DNA of 64,000 nucleotides from Macrostomum lignano (taxonomy: Eukaryota): the NCBI GenBank assembly GCA_002269645.1, contig NIVC01001103.1, forward strand, positions 1 through 64,000, written 5' to 3'. The notes beneath the pieces were generated by a model that worked only from the letters and a program-made list of their open reading frames with translations, ran no database searches and had not been told where the DNA came from. Of the stretch, positions 30,420-44,600 are shown piece after piece. The stretch's first letter is position 1. Each line of letters opens with the position of its first letter. The translations under genes were made by a program, and so were the position numbers.

Positions 30420-31445
30420 CAAGAATTAATCTAAAGTCAATCTAGAGCCCATCAAGAGTCAATCTAGAGCCAATCGAGAGCCAATATATAGTCAATCTAG
30501 AGCCAATATTTAGTCAATCTAGAGCCAATATAGAGCCAATCTAGAGTCAATCTAGAGCCAATATAGAGTCCATCTAGAGTCTATCTAAAGTCAATCTAAA
30601 GTCAATCTAAAGTCAATCTAGAGCCAATATATAGTCAATCTAGAGTCAATATAGAGCCAATATAGAGCCAATCTAGAGCCAATCTAGAGTCAATCTAGAG
30701 CCAATCTAGAGCCAATCTAGAGCCAATATATAGTCAATCTAGAGCCAATATAGAGCCAATCTAGAGTCAATATAGAGCCAATCTAGAGCCAATCTAGAGT
30801 CAATCTAGAGCCAATCTAGAGCCAATCGAGAGCCAATATATAGTCAATCTAGAGCCAATATAGAGCCAATCTAGAGTCAATCTAGAGCCAATATAGAGTC
30901 CATCTAGAGTCTATCTAAAGTCAATCTAAAGTCAATCTAAAGTCAATCTAGAGCCAATATTTAGTCAATCTAGAGTCAATATAGAGCCAATATAGAGCCA
31001 ATCTAGAGCCAATCTAGAGCCAATCTAGAGCCAATCTAGAGTCAATCTAGAGCCAATCTAGAGCCAATCTAGAGTCAATATATAGCCAATATAGAGCCAA
31101 TCTAGAGCCAATCTAGAGTCAATATATAGCCAATATAGAGCCAATCTAGAGTCAATATATAGCCAATATAGAGCCAATCTAGAGTCAATATATAGCCAAT
31201 ATATAGCCAATATAGAGCCAATCTAGAGCCAATATAGAGCCAATCTAGAGCCAATCTAGAGTCAATATAGAGCCAATCTAGAGTCAATATAGAGACAATA
31301 TAGAGTCAATCTAAAGTCAATCTAAAGCCACTATATAGCCAATCTAAAGTCAATCTAGAGCCAATCTAGAGTCAATCTAGAGCCAATCTAGAGTCAATCT
31401 AGAGTCAATCTAGAGTCAATCTAGAGTCAATCTAGAGTCAATCTA
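30420..31445. repeat. 11-bp minisatellite (AATCTAGAGCC/AATCTAGAGTC)n
   Basis: About 1 kb of tandem 11-mers with internal block duplications. Confidence 0.92.
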
Positions 31446-31602
31446 CAGGAGAGATATTAATAATAGAGTCAATCTATTATTAATATAAAGAACTAAAAGT
31501 TGGAGCATAAAAATGAATTGCTACAGCGAGAGTTGCATTAAAAGAAGAAAAACGCAAGATATTGGAAATCTACACTATTAATAACTGACATGCCTCCAAG
31601 CC

Positions 31603-34600
31603 TTAGGCGGAGGACAACAAGCTCAGGTCGTCAACAGTGGCGCCAAGATTAACGTAGGCCTGCTTTCTCAAGTGCTGCTGCTGCAGGCCGGCATGCATGC
31701 TGACAGGCTCAACCGAGGAGTGATGCCGCTGCACAGAAGCCGCAGTGTCGCCGCCAACGCCGCCCGTTGCCGCACCCGAAGACGACGAGTCAGCGATGGA
31801 ACCGCCGGCCTCCTGAGAGCTCAGCAGGCCCGTCAGAAGTGGCAGGCTCAGATTTAAAAACTCGCCGCTGCTCCCGCCGCCGCCGCCGCCGCCGCCCCGC
31901 AGTCGGAGCCGATCCTTCAAAGCGGCAACTTCGGGCAGCAGAGGCAACGAAGCGCTGATTGCTTGCTGCTGCTGCAGACGTTCAGCTGATTCCAACTGCT
32001 GCTTTTGGGACTGCTGCAATTGCTGCTGCTGCTGCTGTTGAAAAGCCATCTCTGCAACCACTGCGCCAGTGTCGGACACTCCGTAGCCGTAGCCGTAGCC
32101 GAAATCGTAGCCATATCCGTAGCCAAATCCTGCATCATCGCCGTTGCCTTCTGCCGCTGCCTCCTCTTTAACACTAGCAGCCTGTCGAGTTTGATTCAAA
32201 TATAAATTGAAACTTTCATCCGACTGCTCCAAGCCGACTGATGCCGAGGGTCGGGCGGCTGCTGTGGCGACGGCGCCAGTTTGACTCGATATCCGCCTGC
32301 CAGGCACTACCAGCATCTCTTGATGAGGCGTCATCTCGTCTGCTTCAACCGCTCGTCTAGTACTACTGGCGTACATCTGCGACAGTAGCTGATACCTGTG
32401 CAGCTCTTTGCACAGCCACAGAGTGTACTCAGCCTGAGTAGTAGTGGAGAATCCCATTAGTAGTGGCCGGCCACCTTTGGGCAAAATCTCTAGGCGTTTT
32501 CTCTGCAATAGGGTGGGAAAATGAGCGTTCAGTTATATTATCAGTTGAGCTATGATGCACTTTCCTCATTTATGCAGTTTTCCATCTATCATTTAGTTTC
32601 CCCAACTATGCTGTAGTTTCCCTAACTATGATGTAGTTTCCCCAACTATGCTGTAGTTTCCACAACTATGCTGTAGTTTCCCTAACTATGCTGTAGTTTC
32701 CCCAACTATGCTGTAGTTTCCACAACTATGCTGTAGTTTCCCTAACTATGCTGTAGTTTCCCCAACTATGCTGCAGTTTACCCAACTATGCTGTAGTTTC
32801 CCTAACTATGCTGTAGTTTCCCCAACTATGCTGCAGTTTCCCCAACTATGCTGTAGTTTCTCTAACTATGATGCAGTTTCCCATCTATGATGCAGTTTTC
32901 CCATCTATGATGCAGTTTTCCCATCTATGATGCAGTTTTCCCATCTATGATGCAGTTTCTCCAACTATGCTGTAGTTTCCCATCTATGCTGTAGTTTCCC
33001 CATCTATGTTGTAGTTTCCCCATCTATGTTGTAGTTTCCCCATCTATGCTGTAGTTTCCCCATCTATGTTGTAGTTTCCCCATCTATGCTGCAGTTTCTC
33101 CATCTATGCTGCAGTTTCTCCATCTATGCTGCAGTTTCTCCATCTATGCTGCAGTTTCTCCATCTATGATGCAGTTTCTCCATCTATGCAGCAGTTTGCC
33201 CAACATTAACTTAGTCGTGTGCACGAAAATTAGCCAGGGGTTTGTCGTGATATTCACAGCCATGTGGCCCAGCCCCCAAGGCACAGGGAGTGTACATGCC
33301 TGACGATTAGACAGTCAGGGCCGCTGTGCACCCTGTGTGAGCGTGTGCTCATAACTGCTTGCCTCCTCGCTGGAGGCGGGCCGACCGTCGCCTTTGATTT
33401 GCGGCAGCGCCCAAAACCCGCCTGCGACTAACCAAAATCAGCTATTAATAGAGAGAACACCTAGTACTAAACAGAAATTGCGCAGTGAATGGTCATTAGC
33501 AGCGGAACTGTGTGCAAGGCCTCGAAAATAATTCTCTTTATAATATTTTACATTAGAAATGTATATTTGGCCCTACCGCTGACTAATGGATTGCTCAAGG
33601 CGTACTTGAGCAATTCCTAAGGGTCTAGGAATATTGCTCACAAAGAAAACACAAATGGGGTGCGATTACTCTTAGTCAGAATGCTCAAACTGGGACTGAA
33701 TAGGTAATAGTCAGCAGCAACTGCAGTACAATTGCCATCCAGACTACTTGAGAGTTTAAGACGCACAAGCCAGGAATGCAGGACAAAATCCATGGCATTA
33801 ATTAATTATACGTCTGGGACTATTTCACTAGAAGCTTGACTGTCTGCGATTAAATCCCATTTTTATTGCCTAATCCCTTTGTCTGTCTATTGTTTAGGAC
33901 TACGTGGACTTAGAATCAATAGCAGCATTTGCTTCACAATGTCAATACTAGAAGGAAAAACTTTAAGAGAAACAAATGAGCGTTCTTTATTATATTAGCA
34001 ACACACCTGGATAGATTAGCAATCCGCCCGGCTAGACTAGCAATCCACCCGAATAGATTAGCAATCCACCCGAATAGATTAGCAATCCACCTAGATAGAT
34101 TAGCAAATAGCAATCCACCTAGATAAATTAGCAATCCACTTGGATAGATTAGCAAATAGCAATCCACCAAGATAAATTAGCAATCCACTTGGATAGATTA
34201 TCAATCCACCTGGATAGATTAGCAATCCACCTGGATAGATTAGCAATCCACCTGGATGGATTAGCGATTCACCATTATAGATTAGCAATCCACCTAGATA
34301 GATTAGCAATCTACTTGGATAGATTAGCAATCCATCTAGGGCTAGATTAGTAATCCATCTAGGGCTAGATTAGTAATCCATCTAGGGCTAGATTAGCAAT
34401 CCATCTAGGGCTAGATTAGTAATCCATCTAGGGCTAGATTAGTAATCCATCTAGGGCTAGATTAGTAATCCATCTAGGGCTAGATTAGCAATCCATTTAG
34501 GGCTAGATTAGCAATCCATCTAGAGCTAGATTAGCAATCCATCTAGGGCTAGATTAGTAATCCATCTAGGGCTAGATTAGCAATCCATTTAGGGCTAGAT

Positions 34601-37600
34601 TAGTAATCCATCTAGGGCTAGATTAGCAATCCATCTAGGGCTAGATTAGCAATCCATCTAGGGCTAGATTAGCAATCCATCTAGGGCTAGATTAGCAATC
34701 CATCTAGGGCTAGATTAGCAATCCATCTAGGGCTAGATTAGCAATCCATCTAGGGCTAGATTAGCAATCCATCTAGGGCTAGATTAGCAATCCATCTAGG
34801 GCTAGATTAGCAATCCGCTCACCTGGCATCGCAGGCGGACAATATCTGCCCAGGGCAGGGTGGAGGCGTGCACCATGAAGACGTGAATGAGATTCCTGGG
34901 CTCGTACAGCGATATGCCAACCGGTCCGATGCCCAGAAACAGGGAGCCGTCGTTATTTGCTGGGCCTTTCTCCATCACCTTAACGATGTGCTGATTGTGG
35001 GCGATGTTTTGCATCTCCGAGGCTAGCCGGATGTAGCGGAACACAGCTTCCGATTGCGTCATCAGCTCCAGTGAAGCGTGCTGAGTTGGCAGGTGCTGCA
35101 GCAGCCAGTCAGCGCCGTAGCGTTCGATGAGCTGCGAATGATTGGGCAGATTGGCTTGTGATAGGTGCTGGATTTAATATTCTCGCTTTCATACGGACTT
35201 AAAACTAATTCACAGACACAGACCTGAAGCTTCACCGGCTCTGCACGAATTCACAGACACAGACCTGAAGCTTCACAGGCTCTGCACTAATTCACAGACA
35301 CAGACCTGAAGCTTCACGTGTTCTGCACGAATTCACAGACACAGACCTGAAGCTTCACAGGCTCTGCACTAATTCACAGACACAGACCTGAAGCTTCACA
35401 GGCTCTGCACGAATTCACAGACACAGACCTGAAGCTTCACCGGCTCTGCACTAATTCACAGGCACAGACCTGAAGCTTCACAGGCTCTGCACGAATTCAC
35501 AGACACAGACCTGAGGCTTCACGGGCTCTGAAATAATTCACAGACACAGACTTGAAGCTTCAAGTGTTCTGCACTAATTCACAGGCACAGACCTGAAGCT
35601 TCACGTGTTCTGCACTAATTCACAGACACAGAAGGCATGAAGCTTCACGGTCTCTGCACTAATTCACAGGCACAGACCTGAAGCTTCACGTGTTCTGTAC
35701 TAATTCACAGGCACAGACCTGAAGCTTCACGGTCTCTGCACGAATTCACAGACACAGACCTGAGGCTTCACGGGCTCTAAAATAATTCACAGACACAGAC
35801 TTGAAGCTTCAAGTGTTCTGCACTAATTCACAGGCACAGACCTGAAGCTTCACGTGTTCTGCACTAATTCACAGACACAGAAGGCATGAAGCTTCACGGT
35901 CTCTGCACTAATTCACAGACACAGACCTGAAGCTTCACGTGTTCTGCACTAATTCACAGACACAGAAGGCATGAAGCTTCACGGTCTCTGCACTAATTCA
36001 CAGGCACAGACCTGAAGCTTCACGTGTTCTGCACTAATTCACAGACACAGAAGGCATGAAGCTTCACGGTCTCTGCACTAATTCACAGACACAGACCTGA
36101 AGCTTCACGTGTTCTGTACTAATTCACAGGCACAGACCTGAAGCTTCACGGTCTCTGCACGAATTCACAGACACAGACCTGAAGCTTCACGTGTTCTGCA
36201 CTAATTCACAGGCACAGACCTGAAGCTTCACGGGCTCTGCACTAATTCACATGCACAGACCTGAAGCTTCACGGTCTCTGCACTAATTCACAGGCACAAA
36301 CCTGAAGCTTCACCGGCTCTGCACTAATTCACAGGCACAGACCTGAAGCTTCACCGGCTCTGCACTAATTCACAGGCACAGACCTGAAGCTTCACCGGCT
36401 CTGCACTAATTCACAGGCACAGACCTGAAGCTTCACAGGCTCTGCACTAATTCACAGACACAGACCTGAAGCTTCACCGGCTCTGCACTAATTCACAGGC
36501 ACAGACCTGAAGCTTCACAGGCTCTGCACGAATTCACAGACACAGACCTGAGGCTTCACGGGCTCTGAAATAATTCACAGACACAGACTTGAAGCTTCAA
36601 GTGTTCTGCACTAATTCACAGGCACAGACCTGAAGCTTCACAGGCTCTGCACGAATTCACAGACACAGACCTGAAGCTTTACCGGCTCTGCACTAATTCA
36701 CAGGCACAGACCTGAAGCTTCACAGGCTCTGCACTAATTCACAGACCCAAACCTGAAGCTTCACCGGCTCTGCACTAATTCACAGGCACAGACCTGAAGC
36801 TTCACAGGCTCTGCACGAATTCACAGACACAGACCTGAGGCTTCACGGGCTCTGAAATAATTCACAGACACAGACTTGAAGCTTCAAGTGTTCTGCACTA
36901 ATTCACAGGCACAGACCTGAAGCTTCACGTGTTCTGCACTAATTCACAGACACAGAAGGCATGAAGCTTCACGGTCTCTGCACTAATTCACAGGCACAGA
37001 CCTGAAGCTTCACGTGTTCTGTACTAATTCACAGGCACAGACCTGAAGCTTCACGGTCTCTGCACGAATTCACAGACACAGACCTGAGGCTTCACGGGCT
37101 CTGAAATAATTCACAGACACAGACTTGAAGCTTCAAGTGTTCTGCACTAATTCACAGGCACAGACCTGAAGCTTCACGTGTTCTGCACTAATTCACAGAC
37201 ACAGAAGGCATGAAGCTTCACGGTCTCTGCACGAATTCACAGACACAGACCTGAAGCTTCACGTGTTCTGCACTAATTCACAGGCACAGACCTGAAGCTT
37301 CACGGTCTCTGCACGAATTCACAGACACAGACCTGAAGCTTCACGTGTTCTGCACTAATTCACAGGCACAGACCTGAAGCTTCACGGGCTCTGCACTAAT
37401 TCACATGCACAGACCTGAAGCTTCACGGGCTCTGCACTAATTCACAGGCACAGACCTGAAGCTTCACCGGCTCTGCACTAATTCACAAGCACAGACCTGA
37501 AGCTTCACAGGCTCTGCACTAATTCACAGACACAGACCTGAAGCTTCACCGGCTCTGCACTAATTCACAGGCACAGACCTAAAGCTTCAAGTGTTCTGCA

Positions 37601-40600
37601 CTAATTCACAGGCACAGACCTGAGGCTTCACGGGCTCTGAAATAATTCACAGACACAGACTTGAAGCTTCAAGTGTTCTGCACTAATTCACAGGCACAGA
37701 CCTGAAGCTTCACGTGTTCTGCACTAATTCACAGACACAGAAGGCATGAAGCTTCACGGTCTCTGCACTAATTCACAGGCACAGACCTGAAGCTTCACGT
37801 GTTCTGTACTAATTCACAGGCACAGACCTGAAGCTTCACGGTCTCTGCACGAATTCACAGACACAGACCTGAGGCTTCACGGGCTCTGAAATAATTCACA
37901 GACACAGACCTGAAGCTTCACGGCTCTGCACTAATTCACAGGCACAGACCTGAAGCTTCACGTGTTCTGCACTAATTCACAGACGCAGAAGGCATGAAGC
38001 TTCACGGTCTCTGCACTAATTCACAGGCACAGACCTGAAGCTTCACGTGTTCTGTACTAATTCACAGGCACAGACCTGAAGCTTCACGGTCTCTGCACGA
38101 ATTCACAGACACAGAAGGCATGAAGCTTCACGGTCTCTGCACTAATTCACAGACACAGACCTGAAGCTTCACGTGTTCTGCACTAATTCACAGACACAGA
38201 AGGCATGAAGCTTCACGGTCTCTGCACTAATTCACAGACACAGACCTGAAGCTTCACGTGTTCTGCACTAATTCACAGACACAGAAGGCATGAAGCTTCA
38301 CGGTCTCTGCACTAATTCACAGGCACAGACCTGAAGCTTCACGTGTTCTGCACTAATTCACAGACACAGAAGGCATGAAGCTTCACGGTCTCTGAACTAA
38401 TTCACAGGCACAGACCTGAAGCTTCACGTGTTCTGTACTAATTCACAGGCACAGACCTGAAGCTTCACGGTCTCTGCACGAATTCACAGACACAGACCTG
38501 AGGCTTCACGGGCTCTGAAATAATTCACAGACACAGACTTGAAGCTTCAAGTGTTCTGCACTAATTCACAGGCACAGACCTGAAGCTTCACGTGTTCTGC
38601 ACTAATTCACAGACACAGAAGGCATGAAGCTTCACGGTCTCTGCACTAATTCACAGACACAGACCTGAAGCTTCACGTGTTCTGCACTAATTCACAGACA
38701 CAGAAGGCATGAAGCTTCACGGGCTCTGCACTAATTCACATGCACAGACCTGAAGCTTTACGGGCTCTGCACTAATTCACAGGCACAGACCTGAAGCTTC
38801 ACCGGCTCTGCACTAATTCACAGGCACAGACCTGAAGCTTCACCGGCTCTGCACTAATTCACAGGCACAGACCTGAAGCTTCACGGTCTCTGCACTAATT
38901 CACAGGCACTGGCCTGAAGCTTCACGGTCTCTGAACTAATTCAAAGACACAGACCTGAAGCTTCACAGGTTCTGCACTAATTCACAGACACAGAAGGCAT
39001 GAAGCTTCACTGGCTCTGCACTAATTCACAGGCACAGACCTGAAGCTTCACAGGCTCTGCACTAATTCACAGGCACAGACTTGAAGCTTCACGGTCTCTG
39101 CACTAATTCACAGGCACAGAAGGCATGAAGCTTCACCGGCTCTGCACTAATTCACAGGCACAGACCTGAAGCTTCACAGGCTCTGCACTAATTCACAGGC
39201 ACAGACCTGAAGCTTCACGTGTTCTGCACTAATTCACAGACACAGAAGGCATGAAGCTTCACGGTCTCTGCACGAATTCACAGACACAGACCTGAAGCTT
39301 CACGTGTTCTGCACTAATTCACAGGCACAGACCTGAAGCTTCACGGTCTCTGCACGAATTCACAGACACAGACCTGAAGCTTCACGTGTTCTGCACTAAT
39401 TCACAGGCACAGACCTGAAGCTTCACGGGCTCTGCACTAATTCACATGCACAGACCTGAAGCTTCACGGGCTCTGCACTAATTCACAGGCACAGACCTGA
39501 AGCTTCACCGGCTCTGCACTAATTCACAAGCACAGACCTGAAGCTTCACAGGCTCTGCACTAATTCACAGACACAGACCTGAAGCTTCACCGGCTCTGCA
39601 CTAATTCACAGGCACAGACCTAAAGCTTCAAGTGTTCTGCACTAATTCACAGGCACAGACCTGAGGCTTCACGGGCTCTGAAATAATTCACAGACACAGA
39701 CTTGAAGCTTCAAGTGTTCTGCACTAATTCACAGGCACAGACCTGAAGCTTCACGTGTTCTGCACTAATTCACAGACACAGAAGGCATGAAGCTTCACGG
39801 TCTCTGCACTAATTCACAGGCACAGACCTGAAGCTTCACGTGTTCTGTACTAATTCACAGGCACAGACCTGAAGCTTCACGGTCTCTGCACGAATTCACA
39901 GACACAGACCTGAGGCTTCACGGGCTCTGAAATAATTCACAGACACAGACCTGAAGCTTCACGGGCTCTGCACTAATTCACAGGCACAGACCTGAAGCTT
40001 CACGTGTTCTGCACTAATTCACAGACGCAGAAGGCATGAAGCTTCACGGTCTCTGCACTAATTCACAGGCACAGACCTGAAGCTTCACGTGTTCTGTACT
40101 AATTCACAGGCACAGACCTGAAGCTTCACGGTCTCTGCACGAATTCACAGACACAGAAGGCATGAAGCTTCACGGTCTCTGCACTAATTCACAGACACAG
40201 ACCTGAAGCTTCACGTGTTCTGCACTAATTCACAGACACAGAAGGCATGAAGCTTCACGGTCTCTGCACTAATTCACAGACACAGACCTGAAGCTTCACG
40301 TGTTCTGCACTAATTCACAGACACAGAAGGCATGAAGCTTCACGGTCTCTGCACTAATTCACAGGCACAGACCTGAAGCTTCACGTGTTCTGCACTAATT
40401 CACAGACACAGAAGGCATGAAGCTTCACGGTCTCTGAACTAATTCACAGGCACAGACCTGAAGCTTCACGTGTTCTGTACTAATTCACAGGCACAGACCT
40501 GAAGCTTCACGGTCTCTGCACGAATTCACAGACACAGACCTGAGGCTTCACGGGCTCTGAAATAATTCACAGACACAGACTTGAAGCTTCAAGTGTTCTG

Positions 40601-42909
40601 CACTAATTCACAGGCACAGACCTGAAGCTTCACGTGTTCTGCACTAATTCACAGACACAGAAGGCATGAAGCTTCACGGTCTCTGCACTAATTCACAGAC
40701 ACAGACCTGAAGCTTCACGTGTTCTGCACTAATTCACAGACACAGAAGGCATGAAGCTTCACGGGCTCTGCACTAATTCACATGCACAGACCTGAAGCTT
40801 TACGGGCTCTGCACTAATTCACAGGCACAGACCTGAAGCTTCACCGGCTCTGCACTAATTCACAGGCACAGACCTGAAGCTTCACCGGCTCTGCACTAAT
40901 TCACAGGCACAGACCTGAAGCTTCACGGTCTCTGCACTAATTCACAGGCACTGGCCTGAAGCTTCACGGTCTCTGAACTAATTCAAAGACACAGACCTGA
41001 AGCTTCACAGGTTCTGCACTAATTCACAGACACAGAAGGCATGAAGCTTCACTGGCTCTGCACTAATTCACAGGCACAGACCTGAAGCTTCACAGGCTCT
41101 GCACTAATTCACAGGCACAGACTTGAAGCTTCACGGTCTCTGCACTAATTCACAGGCACAGAAGGCATGAAGCTTCACCGGCTCTGCACTAATTCACAGG
41201 CACAGACCTGAAGCTTCACAGGCTCTGCACTAATTCACAGGCACAGACCTGAAGCTTCACGGTCTCTGCACGAATTCACAGACACAGACCTGAAGCTTCA
41301 CGTGTTCTGCACTAATTCACAGGCACAGACCTGAAGCTTCACGGGCTCTGCACTAATTCACAGGCACAGACTTGAAGCTTCACCGGCTCTGCACTAATTC
41401 ACAGGCACAGACCTGAAGCTTCACGGGCTCTGCACTAATTCACAGGCACAGACCTGTAACTTCACCGGCTCTGCACTAATTCACAGGCACAGACCTGAAG
41501 CTTCACGGTCTCTGCACTAATTCACAGACACAGGCCTGAAGCTTCACAAGCTCTGCAATAATTCACAGACACAGACCTGAAGCTTCACGGTCTCTGAACT
41601 AATTCACAGACACAGACCTGAAGCTTCACGGTCTCTGCACTAATTCACAGACACAGACCTGAAGCTTCATGTGTTCTGTACTAATTCACAGGCACAGACC
41701 TGAAGCTTCACGTGTTCTGCACTAATTCACAGACACAGAAGGCATGAAGCTTCACGGTCTCTGCACTAATTCACAGACACACACCTGAAGCTTCATGTGT
41801 TCTGTACTAATTCACAGACACAGACCTGAAGCTTCACGGTCTCTGAACTAATTCACAGACACAGACCTGAAGCTTCACGTGTTCTGCACTAATTCACAGA
41901 CACAGAAGGCATGAAGCTTCACGGTCTCTGCACTAATTCACAGACACAGACCTGAAGCTTCATGTGTTCTGCACTAATTCACAGGCACAGACCTGAAGCT
42001 TTACCGGCTCTGCACGAATTCACAGACACAGACCTGAAGCTTCACGTGTTCTGCACTAATTCACAGGCACAGACCTGAAGCTTCACGGTCTCTGCACTAA
42101 TTCACAGGCACTAATTCACAGGCACAGACCTGAAGCTTCACGGTCTCTGCACTAATTCACAGGCACAGACCTGAAGTTTTACTAAAACCATTTCAAGGCT
42201 CAAAATAAATTCACACATTGGAAACTTGACCAGTTTATCTGACACTTACCCACAGTGGACAGTACTTCTGCACATTGAAATACGGCTCTTTAGTGGTGCC
42301 CAGATCTGTCCTATAGCTGCCGTAATCAGCTTGCAGCGAGAATGCAATCAACTGGAATATTGTAGACTCATTTAGCAGCATATTGTAGCGAAGTACATTC
42401 TCACGTATCTGCAGATAATAATACATCTTGGCCGCCTTCTCTGGCAGCGCATTGGTTCTAACGTAGAATTTCACTCTAAAGTACACTCGGTTATTAGTGT
42501 ACTGCTCGTAGCTGGCCGCACTGGCTTCGTTCGGGTCGATGGCGGTCAGATCTCCATTGCTGGCAGCCGCCTGGCGCTTCCCTTTGCCAGATCCCAGTCT
42601 GCTATGGAAGGCGCTGTTCTTCTTTAGCAGGTCTTTGAACTTCACCCTATCGACTCGGGTCTCGTGGCGCAGGAACAAATAAAAGGAGTGCATTCGCACC
42701 GCAATGCCAAACATTGACGACTCGCGAATGTCCTTCTGTTCGCATACTTTATCGAATATTTCGCCTATAGTGGTGCGCTTATCGTAGGATAAAAACACAT
42801 TCTCGCCGCTGACCAGCGATACGCACAGCAGCTTCTTGTCACGCGGACTCTGATAAAATCTGCTGCTGCTGTCCTGCGATTGCGAAGCTGCGGACGACCG
42901 ACCAGACAT
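31603..42909 (-). CDS. FRMD6: FERM-domain protein of the Expanded/FRMD6 group, 3 exons, about 634 aa
   Basis: Exons 42909-42250, 35167-34823, 32502-31603 (all phase 0, GT-AG). Motifs: YFRVKFYV, YYYLQIRENVL, FQLIAFSLQADYG, YGADWLLQHLPTQH...SEAVFRYIRLA, LPWADIVRL, resembling FRMD6/Expanded FERM lobes. Subfamily assignment is from remembered motifs only. Confidence 0.72.
32570..33200. repeat. 20-bp minisatellite (TTTCCCCAACTATGCTGTAG)n in FERM intron 2
   Basis: Period 20 (32701 to 32721). Confidence 0.92.
33990..34815. repeat. 21/23-bp minisatellite (GATTAGCAATCCATCTAGGGCTA)n in FERM intron 2
   Basis: Period 23 (34681 to 34704); runs to within a few nt of the donor at 34822. Confidence 0.92.
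35205..42180. repeat. ~7 kb 41-bp satellite (CACAGACCTGAAGCTTCACGGTCTCTGCACTAATTCACAGG)n in FERM intron 1
   Basis: Period 41 with 43-bp variants; a HindIII site in almost every unit; contains a ~2.04 kb tandem block duplication. Confidence 0.96.
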
Positions 42910-44034
42910 TCTACTCTGGCGTGGCCCGACTGGCCAGCAGAACCAGTGGAGGTGGGTGGGTTAATTGCCAGGATGTACTTTAATAAGGCCAAAAAAACTG
43001 CTTGTCTATTTACAGTGCAGTCTATCAACTATTTGGTCAAAACTCAAACTGATGGCCAATTGTGATAATGAATTTAATTTAGGGATAGAACATGATCCTA
43101 ATCCCAAAATACAAGGATACTAGAAAAAAATGGGATCATTAATCCTGCCTGACCACAAAATTTTATACTATATCTAACTGTTAATTTATTCACAAAAAAA
43201 TCTATATTCAAACTCTTTTTAAAGAAATTTGCTTAGGATTTGCTTGTAGCAATTTGTTAACATTTAAGCATTTTACTTATGACTAAAAGTATTATTTAAT
43301 TGATCATATGTATAAGCCAAGTAATTAATAGATAAAAAGCTTTATTTAAAAGATAAAAATAATAAGCCTATGGATACATCTAATTTAAAAAATTTGGTTA
43401 TTGCTGCTATGTGCTTTGTTAAAACTATAAAAAGCAATTAAAAATTATTTAAATATTTTTTGACAAAAAACAAGATTAAAATCTTTTGACTATTTTTATT
43501 TACATCAATGTTTTTAATGCAAACATGTCTAGTCAAAAACAAATATAATTTGTGCATATGTATATAATAATATAACAAAAATGCTAGAAAGTAATAATTT
43601 TAAATAGAAAGTATAGCAGTCATTTTTTATTATTGCTAAAACAAAAAGTTTTTTTAAAGTTCAAATATAAAAGTACTTATTTAATTCTTTTATTTGTACC
43701 TGGCAATTTTTTCAATGTAATCTATAGTTTAAATAAAAGAAGCTTTTAATATATTTTTACCTTTTTATATTAAAAATATAACATAAAAATTACTTCTATA
43801 TCATATGTTGCATTGGCGCTATATATAATTTAATGTAAATTTTTGGTAAAGTACATTTGTAATGATAAAGATAATGATTGATTGCATTGTTCATGAGCAG
43901 CATGCAAAAGTATAAGTACTTATGGAACACCCCTTGTATGATTTTGCCTCTATGCCTCTATGCTACAATCTTTGCGCTATCACACCACTGTCATGATGTA
44001 CTGTCAGCAGGCTGCAGGAGGCATTTTTGTAAGA

Positions 44035-44600
44035 AATAGAACTTTCCAATCTGCATTGGCATAGTCTATGGCAAGCACATTCAAATAAGCTGTCCATCCT
44101 GCAGTGAGTCACAGTTCTACAACTACATGGGCTACTTCAATCTAATTTTACTAGCTGTTGTAAACCATGACTATTGTTTTCTCATGGTTGATATAAAAAA
44201 TTGCAGTTTGTAGAATGATAGCACATAATTCTATAATTTAAACTTTGGAATTCAACTAGAATCTAGAACATTTCCATGACTTGAACCAAAGCCATTAGCT
44301 GTTGGTGATAGATATATACCACATGTGCTCATTGGAGATGAGGGTTTCCCTCTATGAGACTACTTGATGAGACTATTCCTGGGCTGAAACCTAAGCAATG
44401 AAAAGACTATCTTCAATTACTGACTGAGTTCAGGCAGAAGAGTTGTTGAGAATGCTTTTGGAATTCTGGCACAGAAATGGCAAATTTTCCAGAGACCTAT
44501 TTAGCTCAGCCCAACAATAGCTGGTTGTAAAGGTGGCCCATATGCTACATAATTTTGTTCTAATTTACTAGGCTTCTGGACAGGAGTCCACAATTGCTGA
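44035..44600 (+). pseudogene. Decayed PIF/Harbinger (HARBI1-like DDE) transposase
   Basis: Reads *NFPICIGIVYGKHIQISCP..SESQFYNYMGYF..ILLAVV...FLMVDI ... [49 protein letters not shown] ... MLHNFV; in-frame stops at 44355, 44385, 44421. Confidence 0.85.

Noticed and set aside
33200-33950. Intronic TEAD/Hippo response element in the FERM gene (GGAATG near 33773)
   Set aside because: A single 6-mer is expected by chance; no clustering or conservation evidence is available.
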